Shown here: one piece after another, positions 12,437-24,156 of the stretch | Position numbering within the stretch: the stretch's first letter is position 1 | How the letters are laid out: each line of letters begins with the position of its first letter | Assembly (NCBI RefSeq): GCF_022045235.1 | Contig: NW_027266300.1 | Location: forward strand, 310,001-374,000 | Reading direction: 5' to 3' | DNA length: 64,000 bases | Source of the DNA: Haliotis cracherodii | Lineage: Eukaryota | The notes under the pieces: generated by a model | What the model saw: only the letters and a program-made list of their open reading frames with translations | Databases searched by the model: none | Told to the model about the DNA's origin: nothing | Made by a program: the position numbers and the translations under genes

Positions 12437-13100
12437 TTAGGGAGGTATTACTGTATCGCTTGGAAATATAAGCAACTCTTCTCGCACAAATCCTCTGCCT
12501 GGCCCATCTTTAAGATGATATAAAAAAGGCCCACCTTTTTTCATAACCAATAGACTAATGTTTTATATCTTAAGATGCCAAACTGGATCAGTTGCAGGAC
12601 GTTGGCCTCCTTCAAGTTCACCAGGCTGGTATAAATATTTTACACTTACTCTACCTGGACGTTTTTGTTCTTTACCTCTCCGTGGTGTTGAAGATTCAGA
12701 AGTCACAGATTTCATTTTAACAGCATCAGAGGTCATCCATTCCGTTGATTTTTTTCAATCAGTCATCATCATCTCCTGAGCATATTGATATCCAAAACAA
12801 GCATTCTGATAATGTTCAGTTAAATCTTTCAACAATAGATTTGCTACGGTGGGCTCTTTTTCGCCACACCTGATTGCAACATCGTGTTTTGTTAATAGTT
12901 TAGTTACTGATCCCATAAACTCGCGTCCAGGATTTACTTGGAATAACTTATTCCTCAGAATATATCGTTGGGGTGGCAAGTATATTTGCATTATTGCTTG
13001 TTTCTTTAACCAATCCTTAGCAACATCTTTAGATACTTTAGCCACTGCAACTAATTTTGTATTGTATCCTTTACCTTTCCAATATCCATGTTAATTACTA
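12437..13100 (-). pseudogene. Retroviral-like (rve) integrase of the Polinton
   Basis: GYWKG...WLKKQAIMQIYLPP...QVNPGREFMGSV...IVERFNRTL...GYQYAQEM...YLYQPGELEGG...TDPVW...GFVREELL. Convergent with pPolB; deletions and frameshifts present. Confidence 0.85.
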
Positions 13101-13980
13101 TTGATTTTCCTTTAATACAACGAAAAAAATCATGAAGATAAATGTTACATTAGTGTATAACAATGGACAATTACTAGACAACAAAAGAACTTGAGAATGC
13201 TGCCAGGGCGTTCATGTGCCCCTCCAGAATGATCAAATAGTGAGAATTACCGCAAGGCAAATATCTTATCACGGATGTAAAACCATGCAAATAAGGTTAT
13301 CAATTGTATATTAGTAAAATAACAGAGAATATTTTCATTATTATGTGGTTTAAAAGTTTCGTCATTATGGGATGGCATCTTGCTGGCGATCCACATAGTT
13401 AATAAAACTTAAGACTACACTACGCACAAACTACTCATTCCAATGTTATCAAGGGTGGTGAGGCAGAGTCTGAACATCAGTATGTCGGCTGATTCAATCA
13501 ATACTGAATGTAATATTCCAATCTCATTAAATTCATTTCCTCCCTTTGAAGTGATTCCGTCAAAAACCATCGTCTGTCTCTTGCTTCAGTGGGATAAACA
13601 TTTGAAACAGAAGAAACAACTTTAGATATCTTCTATTCCAAAAATGTCTTTTTTTTCTTATTTCGTGAACATTGTCAAACTATGTTTCAAAGCTCAGCAG
13701 GGAATGGAATTCAAACAGTTCGAAACTAGTGCTGTAAAGCTCGAAAAACATGCTTCTGATTGGCTAATGACGATACTTGTTAATGATTTCATTGGTCGGT
13801 CAAAGTTCGCGAAAGGTCGCATTACCATGTGTATTAACATTTGATGTTACAACAGCAGGTGTACTGTTTCCTATTAGAACTAATCAACGTTTTGATCATT
13901 TTGAAACCAACAGTTACCCATTAGAACAAAGAAGATTGAAGAGTTTGATATCTGTTTAGCTCAATAGTTCAGTGTCAATC

Positions 13981-16377
13981 AGACAGACAGACAGACAGTG
14001 GTTTGTTTTTTGTATCAACATTGTACAGACCCGTGTAGGTCATAATAAGTTTACATATAATATCAACGTCTAATTTCAAAAATCTTCTTCAAGAATATTG
14101 ACAGAGATGATATTGTATTAGCATTGCGGGAGTTCAAAAAAAACCATTCATTAGTTGTTCATCTTTGTACATAGTTGAAATCATAGGGAGGTATCTATTT
14201 CTAAGAAACTGATAATATTTACAAATGAGAAGTACATGAAACTCATCCTCAACATAGCCTTCATTACAATAACGGCATAAACTACTTTCTTTATCTTGTA
14301 CATTTTTGTACATTATCTTTCTAAGATTATCAACATTAAAATTATGTAATGATATACGTAATTTACACAAAGATCTTCTCAAAGTTCTATCCTGAAGTAC
14401 AGATACATATATTTCAGGAACAAGTAATGATTTTATATTCGTATAATGGCATAAAAACCTTGAGGATGATATTTGACAGTGCCAATCTTGTGAAAATATA
14501 TCAAGTAATCTTTGCTTAAGCATGAAGATAAATAATTTACCATTTCCAACATCTTGAGATATCCATGCAAGAGAAAAACCAGACATACAAAGAATATTCC
14601 TGATATCAGACACCCATAAACAATATTTACCTTTTTCATCCAAGGCTTTTAACATATTATAACAATGAAGAGGAAATCTATTTGAGCTTTATCCAGTATT
14701 TAACTGCCCGTAGCTGGGATGAAACAAAAAGACTGGTACGACCAGTTTCTCCTAGAATGGCTTTGTTAGAGGTATATTTACCGACACCTAAAAAACGTTT
14801 AAATGTTTTTCTATCGAATCGTTATAATGACATCCCCATATTTCTGAACCATACAGAAGAATTGGTGCTATTTTTCTGTCAAAAATGTCCGAAACAACTC
14901 GGAAAGATATAAATTTGTTTTCTTTAAAAACTCTATAGACAGAAATCAAGGCTTTAGATGCTTGCAGAGCCAACTGCTTACATGCTGTTGACCATGCTAA
15001 TCGAGAAGATACAGTCAATCCTAAATATTTATAATATGAAACAACATTGACTGTCTTATTACAATACGTCCATTTTTCAAATTTATGTAAAATACCATCT
15101 TTCTGAAAACAATAACATTTGTCTTTTTCAAATTTACTTCAAGGCCCCATTTCTCACAATATAGCTGGAGAACATTTAACTGTTTCTGGAGGCCACTGAC
15201 TGAAAATGATAATAAAGCAATATCATCAGCAAATAGTAACAGCATTATATCAATTATATCTTGTGACACAAAGACATTTCAGTTACAAGTTCATTTATGA
15301 AAAATATAAATAGGACAGGGCTGAGTACACATCCCTGTCTTACACCAGCTGAAGTTCTGAAACATTCAGTGATTCCTTTATCTGTCTTGATACATGCCTT
15401 AACTGATGAGTACATGCTCTGTAGAACGTTTGACAACTTGCCTGGTAATCCTTTAGTAATTCATAAAAAAACCCATCATTTTCTTTCTATCCACATAGTC
15501 AAAAGCCTTTTTGAAATCAATAAAGGCACAATAAAAACGAGCCTTGGATTTAATAAGATATTTTGTCCACACAGATTGAAGAATAAATATATTGTCTGAT
15601 GGAGAATAGTTGGGTCTAAATCCAGCTTGGGACAGGTCATTCACATCTAACCATGTTCTAATACGTTTTTCAATTACAACAGAAAACAATTTGCCAGTCA
15701 CATTTAAGAGAGAAATACCTCGATAGTTGCTTGGATCAGATATGTTTCCAGATTTATGTAAAGAAATAATCATTCCTGTATTCCAGGAATCTGGAAAAAC
15801 ACCAGTACCTAGAATTTTATTAATAAGCTGCCCAAGATAAGGGTTTATGAAATTTGTTATACTTTTCAGATATTCAGGGGGTATACCATCCTCACCTGCC
15901 GCCTTACCCACTTTTAACTCATTTAAAGCTTGTTTAATTTCATTTTCAGTAATTTCACCCGATAAGAGCCGGTCAGTAAAAGGCATATAATTACAATGTT
16001 GACATGAATGGGAATCTAAACATTCCTGAACTGATTTATCAAATTCATTTACATCTCTGTTAAAATCTGGATTTAATAAATTCTTAAAATATCTAAACCA
16101 AGTGTCAGGGGTTATATCACCTTGTCGTGCGTTACTTCTCAAATAGAGCTTTATAGTATTCCAGAACTCTTTACAATCATTCATATTTGCAGCCTCGGTT
16201 AATTTCTGACTCATATGTCTTTTATACTCATTTTGTTTAATTTTACACTTCTTTCTGAATTCAGTTTTTGCACATAAATAGTCTTTTAAGTTTGAGTCAC
16301 TCTTGAATGATCTGAAACGATTTAGTAGCATGTATTTCTTAGATTTAAGTTGACAGCACTCTGCATCAAGCCATAAC
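13981..16377 (-). mobile_element. 5'-truncated LINE (RTE-X-like), RT plus C-terminal zinc finger
   Basis: NYRGISLL, QAGFR, FIDFKKAFD, GVRQGCVLSP, LLFADD and CRYC...EDEFHVLLIC. (TCTG)n tail. 11-bp TSD CAGTGTCAATC at 13970-13980 and 16378-16388. Confidence 0.92.
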
Positions 16378-16502
16378 CAGTGTCAATCTAATGTAATTAA
16401 GATTGATCAGATAGGAGTAGAACATATCACTCTGATTGTAATATTCCAACTGCTTGACCTCTTTTCTGATTCCTACCTGGACTTCCCCTTCCCCCTGTAA
16501 GC

Positions 16503-18344
16503 GCTGAGTGTAGACGTATCACCCTACAGGCGAGTTATCTCTACCCGCTGAGTGTAGACGTATCACCCTACAGGCGAGTTATCTCTACCCGCTGAGTGTA
16601 GACGTATCACCCTACAGGTCATTTTATGTGTTACAGTGCTGCCTGAGTGTAGACGTATCACCCTACAGGCGAGGTTATGTGTTACAGAGCTGCCTGAGTG
16701 TAGACGTATCACCCTACAGGCGAGTTATCTCTACCCGCTGAGTGTAGACGTATCACCCTACAGGCCATTTTATGTGTTACAGTGCTGCCTGAGTGTAGAC
16801 GTATCACCCTACAGGCGAGGTTATGTGTTACAGTGCTGCCTGAGTGTAGACGTATCACCCTACAGGCGAGGTTATGTGTTACAGTGCTGCCTGAGTGTAG
16901 ACGTATCACCCTACAGGCGAGTTATCTCTACCCGCTGAGTGTAGACGTATCACCCTACAGGCCATTTTATGTGTTACAGTGCTGCCTGAGTGTAGACGTA
17001 TCACCCTACAGGCGAGTTATCTCTACCCGCTGAGTGTAGACGTGTCACCCTACAGGCGAGGTTATGTGTTACAGTGCTGCCTGAGTGTAGACGTGTCACC
17101 CTACAGGCGAGGTTATGTGTTACAGAGCTGCCTGAGTGTAGACGTGTCACCCTGCAGGCGAGGTTATATGTTACAGTGCTGCCTGAGTGTAGACGTGTCA
17201 CCCTACAGGCGAGTTATCTCTACCCGCTGAGTGTAGACGTATCACCCTACAGGCCATTTTATGTGTTACAGTGCTGCCTGAGTGTAGACGTATCACCCTA
17301 CAGGCGAGTTATCTCTACCCGCTGAGTGTAGACGTGTCACCCTACAGGCGAGGTTATGTGTTACAGTGCTTTCTGAGTGTAGACGTGTCACCCTACAGGC
17401 GAGGTTATGTGTTACAGAGCTGCCTGAGTGTAGACGTGTCACCCTACAGGCGAGGTTATGTGTTACAGTGCTGCCTGAGTGTAGACGTGTCACCCTACAG
17501 GCGAGGTTATGTGTTACAGTGCTGCCTGAGTGTAGACGTATCACCCTACAGGCGAGTTATCTCTACCCGCTGAGTGTAGACGTATCACCCTACAGGCGAG
17601 GTTATGTGTTACAGTGCTGCCTGAGTGTAGACGTGTCACCCTACAGGCGAGGTTATGTGTTACAGTGCTGCCTGAGTGTAGACGTGTCACCCTACAGGCG
17701 AGTTATCTCTACCCGCTGAGTGTAGACGTATCACCCTACAGGCCATTTTATGTGTTACAGTGCTGCCTGAGTGTAGACGTATCACCCTACAGGCGAGTTA
17801 TCTCTACCCGCTGAGTGTAGACGTGTCACCCTACAGGCGAGGTTATGTGTTACAGTGCTGCCTGAGTGTAGACGTGTCACCCTACAGGCGAGGTTATGTG
17901 TTACAGAGCTGCCTGAGTGTAGACGTGTCACCCTACAGGCGAGGTTATGTGTTACAGTGCTGCCTGAGTGTAGACGTGTCACCCTACAGGCGAGGTTATG
18001 TGTTACAGTGCTGCCTGAGTGTAGACGTATCACCCTACAGGCGAGTTATCTCTACCCGCTGAGTGTAGACGTATCACCCTACAGGCGAGGTTATGTGTTA
18101 CAGTGCTGCCTGAGTGTAGACGTGTCACCCTACAGGCGAGGTTATGTGTTACAGAGCTGCCTGAGTGTAGACGTGTCACCCTACAGGCGAGGTTATGTGT
18201 TACAGAGCTGCCTGAGTGTAGACGTGTCACCCTACAGGCGAGGTTATGTGTTACAGAGCTGCCTGAGTGTAGACGTGTCACCCTACAGGCGAGGTTTTGT
18301 GTTACAGTGCTGCCTGAGTGTAGACGTATCACCCTACAGGCGAG
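16503..18344. repeat. Composite minisatellite with 44-bp and 51-bp units
   Basis: Shared core CTGAGTGTAGACGTRTCACCCTACAGG followed by one of three recurring variable segments. Confidence 0.95.
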
Positions 18345-18658
18345 ATTAATCTGTTACGGTGGTTCATAAGTTTTTATATATGTACATGCTATATGTTGTA
18401 CTGTATGCGTGTAAGGAAAACAAGTAAATTCAACTAAATATTGCTAAAGTAATCTACGAGTAAATCATCACTGACTCAAGTTTCAATTTAGTTAAAGCTA
18501 CACTGGTTTGAGTAGAACGTCTGAAATAACTTATCTAATTCATGTAAGTATTTCCCAACGAGTGAATTATTGTAGTTTTACTGAATGAATTCATGTTTGA
18601 GAGAAACGAAAGAGTACATGTGAAATGTTAATTTAAATGTACCATCAGCTTAAACTGT

Positions 18659-18805
18659 NNNNNNNNNNNNNNNNNNNNNNNNNNNNNNNNNNNNNNNNNN
18701 NNNNNNNNNNNNNNNNNNNNNNNNNNNNNNNNNNNNNNNNNNNNNNNNNNNNNNNNNNNNNNNNNNNNNNNNNNNNNNNNNNNNNNNNNNNNNNNNNNNN
18801 NNNNN
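18659..18805. other. Assembly gap (147 N)
   Basis: Run of N followed by (GA)n and poly-G. Confidence 1.
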
Positions 18806-18859
18806 TGAGAGAGAGAGGGGGGGGGGGGGGGGAGAGCGATATATATATACAATATACAT

Positions 18860-20790
18860 TATTGAATGAACACTTCATTACTCAAATCTTTTAGTTGTAC
18901 ATATAGAATGTTGTACTGCCTTAAATATAGCTTCATTTTCTGTAACAACGTGATCTGCTTTGCCGTATAACAGTAAGTGTACATCAACAGGTATGTTATG
19001 AACAATATTTTTAAGGCTGTTTAACATAATTTCACGCTGATGACTAAACAATGTACATTCCCTGAAATAATGATATGCATTTTCACATGTATTCGAACAT
19101 GTACAGTTCGGGTGATCTTTTATACCAATTCTATATAAATCATAATTCAATTGACTGCACATGTACCTCAGTATTGTGTGTAAGATATCATATTTTCTTT
19201 TTCGTATGCAAAGTACGTAGTTGACGTGGGGTGGTGCTTTTGTAACGGATTTTTAAAACAAGAACTCGTAGAATTTCGATCTGATAACGGAATAGAGTTC
19301 CACAATCGGATAGACGATGGGTAAAAGGATTCACACGAATGTCTTAGTCTTGTGAGAGGAACACTGATGTTTTCAGAGTTTCTGAGACTGTATGAGTTTT
19401 TTGCAGCAACGGTTTTGGGTAGAATATATGTTAGATAGGAAGAGGCCATGTAATGATTAATTTTAAAGAAAAGACAAAGCTTACGTTTCTTTCTACGCTC
19501 AACTAAGGGTTCCCAACCGGTTTCGTAATATAATGAATGCCTGGGGGCATATTTAGGTAGACCAGTTACAATGATTTCAGCTTCTAATTGTAATTGTTCT
19601 AATTTCTCACTTCGTCCTTCGGTGCAACCATCCCTAACCTCACATGCGTGGGATCTTATGAACATTTTATATATATTGTTCATAGTATTTCTGTGAAGTA
19701 GATGTTTGAGTTTTCTGATTGAGTAAATCATCTTGGAAGTTGTTTTAATTATGGTATCTATATGACAAGACCATTTGCCACTGGCTTCAAGTATAACACC
19801 CAAATTCTTATGACAGAGCTGATTTCCTTTCCGTTGAAATATAGTTTTAGACCTCCATTGTTGTCTTTGCGAGAGAATAGAAGAACCGATTTAGTCTTTT
19901 CGGGATTGTAAGTTATTAGCCAAAGTTTCGCCCATTCACTTAAGATTGCTAAATTTGTGCTTAAGGAACGTTCCAGTACACTGTTATCATTGGATATGAC
20001 ATGCCAATCGATGTATCGTCGGTAAACAGCCTTGTCATACAGTCTAATGTATCAGCAATGTCATTTACATAAACAATAAAGAGTATAGGACCAAGCACGG
20101 ACCCCTGTGGCACGCCAGCCTTCATGTATCTTGGTTTGGATATTTCCCCATTCACAAATACGCCTTGGCTACGATAACTTATGTAACTGGTAATCCATTT
20201 TAACAAATAGCCCTTTATACCATACCTCTCTCATTTAAACACATCCCCACTGTGCCATACACGATCAAAGGCTTTTGATACATCACAGAATACAAAACAA
20301 TAGTTTTCTTTGTTATCTAACGCTGTACAATTTTGGTGGTAAAGTTCTATTAGTTGATGGGCAGTTGAGTGACCAGCCTGAAACCCAGATTGGTACTTAT
20401 ACAACAATTTGTTCTCATGAAAATAATTATATAAATGTTTGAACACAAATCTCTCAAACAATTTTCCTAAACAGCTAATAAGTGATATCGGTCTATAATT
20501 AGAAACGATAGTGTGATCACCTTTCTTAAATAATGGCACAACATTTGCTTTTTTCCACACTGATGGAAATATACTTGATTGTAGTGACATATTGAACAGT
20601 AAACACAATGCTTCGCTAATAGCATATACAGTTTTCTTTAATAATTTACAAATTTTGTCCGGTCCGGAGGCTTTGTTTGTATTATGTCTTCAATTTCCTT
20701 TTTAGATATGATTATGTTGTTCATCTCTGTCTCTGTACGAAATGTGAAGTCGGGCATAGTTGTTCTTGTATCATAGACATCATGTTTCTG
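18860..20790 (-). mobile_element. Degraded CR1/L2-group LINE fragment
   Basis: NYRPISL, QSGF, FCDVSKAFDRVWH, GVPQGSVLGP, LFTDDT and a C-terminal CTC...HYFREC. Contains frameshifts. Confidence 0.9.
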
Positions 20791-21139
20791 TGATATTGAA
20801 TTGGACATGTGCGTTGAATTAAGATGTCCGTCTCTATGAACTATATTTATTTGGTTTGTATGAGTCGATCCTGAATTTATCCCATCAAAAAAGGTTCATA
20901 AGCTGTCTGAATTGTATAACATCAAACTGACGTAATGACTTTTTCCGGGACAATGTAATTTTTGGAGTAAACTCCCAGACTACCCTGACTTCTAGCAATC
21001 TTCCCATGTGCTACTCCTTGCAGCGATCATTGACCACGCAATATTCCCCCTGGGTAACGCGGGGGCCGCCACTCAACTCGCTGGTCTTCAGAGTTTGGTT
21101 AGAAACAAGTACGCCATCTATAATGTGAAACCAGGAAAT

Positions 21140-21340
21140 TGAGTGAGTGAGTGAGTTTGTTATAACATCTAACGCAGTATTTCAGTCATATCACCTTGTG
21201 ACAACCTGATGCGAGAGGAAAGCCGAAGGTTTTTTGTTCTTAGACAATTACCACTTTTGTGAAACCCGACAGCACAGATATGGCGGGGACAATCAAGCTC
21301 TCATAAACAGGTCGACTCTGGGATTCGAACTCACGATTAA
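21140..21340 (-). mobile_element. Degraded tRNA-SINE with (ACTC)n tail
   Basis: (GAGT)n at 21141-21156 and a minus-strand B-box GTTCGAATCCC at about 21320-21331. Confidence 0.55.
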
Positions 21341-21624
21341 ATTGTCATGGCACATACGAAGAATGCGACTCGGCAGAACGGTTTGCGTCGATTAAGATAT
21401 ATTGACCTCCCGTGCTCCGTATGTGAGTTTTCGACTTCACAGGACTGAAAGACTTATTGGAATGATGAGACTGAGTGAGGTACAAAGACATTAAGGCGGC
21501 CACGCCCCAACCTGTGTTACGCCAGCTTCTTAACGTGGAAGCAAACGTCTTCCGCGGCTCTTTACATTTCGCGTTGATATGTGCTGATACAGTAAGGCAA
21601 TGTTTCTAATACACCCCGGATGCT

Positions 21625-24075
21625 CGCGACAGAACAGTATGTGTAGTGCGTGTGACAGACAGTGGATGTAGTGTGTGTGACAGAACAGTGTGTGTAGTGT
21701 GTGTTACAGGACAGCGTGTGTAGTACATGTGACAGACAGTGGATGTAATGTGTGTGACAGAACAGTGTGTGTAGTGCGTGTGACAGAACAGTGTGTGTAG
21801 TGCGTGTGACAGACAGTGGATGTAATGTGTGTGACAGAACAGTGTGTGTAGTGCGTGTGACAGAACAGTGTGTGTAGTGCGTGTGACAGACAGTGGATGT
21901 AATGTGTGTGACAGAACAGTGTGTGTAGTGTATGTGACAGAACAGTGTGTGTAGTGCGTGTGACAGACAGTGGATGTAGTGTGTGTGACAGACAGTGGAT
22001 GTAGTGCGTGTGACAGAACAGTGTGTGTAGTGCGTGTGACAGACAGTGGATGTAGTGTGTGTGACAGACAGTGGATGTAGTGCGTGTGACGGAACAGTGT
22101 GTGTAGTGCGTGTGACAGAACAGTGTGTGTAGTGCGTATGACAGACAGTGGATGAAGTGTGTGTGACAGAACAGTGTGTGTAGTGCGTGTGACAGACAGT
22201 GGATGTAGTGTGTGTGACAGAACAGTGGATGTAGTGCGTGTGACAGAACAGTGTGTGTAGTGCGTGTGACAGACAGTGGATGTAGTGTGTGTGACGGAAC
22301 AGTGTGTGTAGTGCGTGTGACAGAACAGTGTGTGTAGTGCGTGTGACAGACAGTGGATGTAGTGTGTGTGACAGACAGTGGATGTAGTGCGTGTGACAGA
22401 ACAGTGTGTGTAGTGCGTGTGACAGACGGTGGATGTAGTGTGTGTGACAGAACAGTGTGTGTTACAGAACAGCGTGTGTAGTGCGTGTGACAGACAGCGG
22501 ATGTAATGTGTGTGACAGAACAGTGTGTGTAGTGTGTGTTAGAGAACAGCGTTTGTAGTGTGTGTGACAGAACAGCGTTTGTAGTGCGTGTGACAGACAG
22601 TGGATGTAATGTGTGTGACAGAACAGTGTGTGTAGTGTGTGTGACAGAACAGCGTTTGTAGTGCGTGTGACAGACATTGGATGTAATGTGTGTGACAGAA
22701 CAGTGGATGTAACGTGTATGACAGAACAGCGCGTGTAGTGCGTGTGACAGACAGTGGATGTAATGTGTGTGACAGAACAGTGTGTGTAGTGTGTGTGACA
22801 GAACAGTGTGTGTAGTGTGTGTGACAGAACAGCGTGTGTAGTGTGTGTTAGAGAACAGCGTGTGTAGTTTGCGTGTGACAGACAGTGGATGTAATGTGTG
22901 TGACAGAACAGTGTGTGTGACAGAACAGCGTGTGTAGTTTGCGTGTGACAGACAGTGGATGTAATGTGTGTGACAGAACAGTGTGTGTGACAGAACAGCG
23001 TGTGTAGTTTGCGTGTGACAGACAGTGTGTGTAGTGCGTGTGACAGAACAGTGGATGTAATGTGTGTGACAGAACAGCGTGTGTGACAGAACAAAGTGCG
23101 TAGTGTTTGTGACAGGACAGTGTGTGTAGTGTGTGTGACAGAACAGTGTGTGTAGTGTGTGTGACAGAACAGTGTGTGTAGTGTGTGTGTGACAGAACAG
23201 TGTGTGTAGTGTGTTAGAGAACAGTGTGTGTAGTGCGTGTGACAGACAGTGGATGTGATGTGTGTGACAGAACAGCGTGTGTGACAGAACAAAGTGCGTA
23301 GTGTTTGTGACAGGACAGTGTGTGTAGTGTGTGTGACAGAACAGTGTGTGTAGTGTGTGTGACAGAACAGTGTGTGTAGTGTGTGTGTGACAGAACAGTG
23401 TGTGTAGTGTGTGTGTGACAGAACAGTGTGTGTAGTGTGTGTGTGACAGAACAGTGTGTGTAGTGTGTGTGACAGAACAGTGTGTGTAGTGTGTGTGTGA
23501 CAGAACAGTGTGTGTAGTGTGTGACAGAACAGTGTGTGTAGTGTGTGTGTCAGAACAGTGTGTGTGTGACAGAACAGTGTGTGTACTGTGTCTGACAGAA
23601 CAGCGTGTGTTGTATGTGTGACAGAACAGTGTGTGTAGAGTGTGTGACAGAACAGTGTGCGTAGTGTGTCTGACAGAACAGTGTGCGTAGTGTGTCTGAC
23701 AGAACAGTGTGTGTAGAGTGTGTGACAGAACAGTGTGTGTAACAGAACAGTGTGTGTAGTGTGTCTGACAGAACAGTGTGTGTAGAGTGTGTGACAGAAC
23801 GGTGTGTGTAGTGTGTCTGACAGAACAGTGTGTGTAGAGTGTGTGACAGAACAGTGTGTGTAACAGAACAATGTGTGTAGTGTGTCTGACAGAACAGCGT
23901 GTGTAGTGTGTGTGACAGAACAGTGTGTGTAGTGTGTCTGACAGAACAGTGTGTGTAGTGTGTGTTAAAGAATAGTGTGTGTAGTGTGTCTGACAGAACG
24001 CTGTGTGTAGTGTGTGTGGCAGAAGAGTTGGTGTAGTGTGTGTGACAGAACAGTGTGTGCAGTGTGTGTGTGATA
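21625..24075. repeat. GT-rich minisatellite (about 25-28 bp, GTGACAGAACAGTGTGTGTAGTG)
   Basis: Tandem array directly downstream of the LPMO stop codon. Confidence 0.95.
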
Positions 24076-24156
24076 CAAGTGCTCGTGCCAAAGTATGTGA
24101 ATTAAAAAGCTCATGCAAAGAGAACATATATTTATTCCCGGTTTTGCTTTACGTTT

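Larger units (their letters stand above)
5359..12440 (+). pseudogene. Protein-primed family B DNA polymerase (pPolB), split by LINE and Tc1 insertions
   Basis: Motifs in order: IINADFEAL (Exo I, about 6555), HKA/CGFGYMVVK across the LINE, DHCHITG (about 10382), RFIDSIQFL, LMNNSVFGKTMENLRKRVDV, LYTDTES, GLRPKMYS/...AKGVKK across the Tc1, and LSPFDTK...TYAYG. Confidence 0.9.
1..13435. mobile_element. Degraded Polinton/Maverick (adintovirus-like) endogenous virus; left end probably just upstream of the window
   Basis: Cluster of capsid-like, ATPase, pPolB and integrase remnants. The right end finishes in ACTACT (13430-13435), matching the Polinton AGTAGT...ACTACT termini. 13392-13415 is the reverse complement of 7-30 at 22/24 nt. 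Confidence 0.85.

Noticed and set aside
16503-18344. CRISPR-like array (constant repeat plus variable segment)
   Set aside because: The spacers are only three recurring sequences, there are no cas genes, and the context is eukaryotic.
21704-24127. 807-aa and 469-aa His/Thr-rich ORFs
   Set aside because: Translation of a CA-rich minisatellite, open in several frames because the unit lacks stops.
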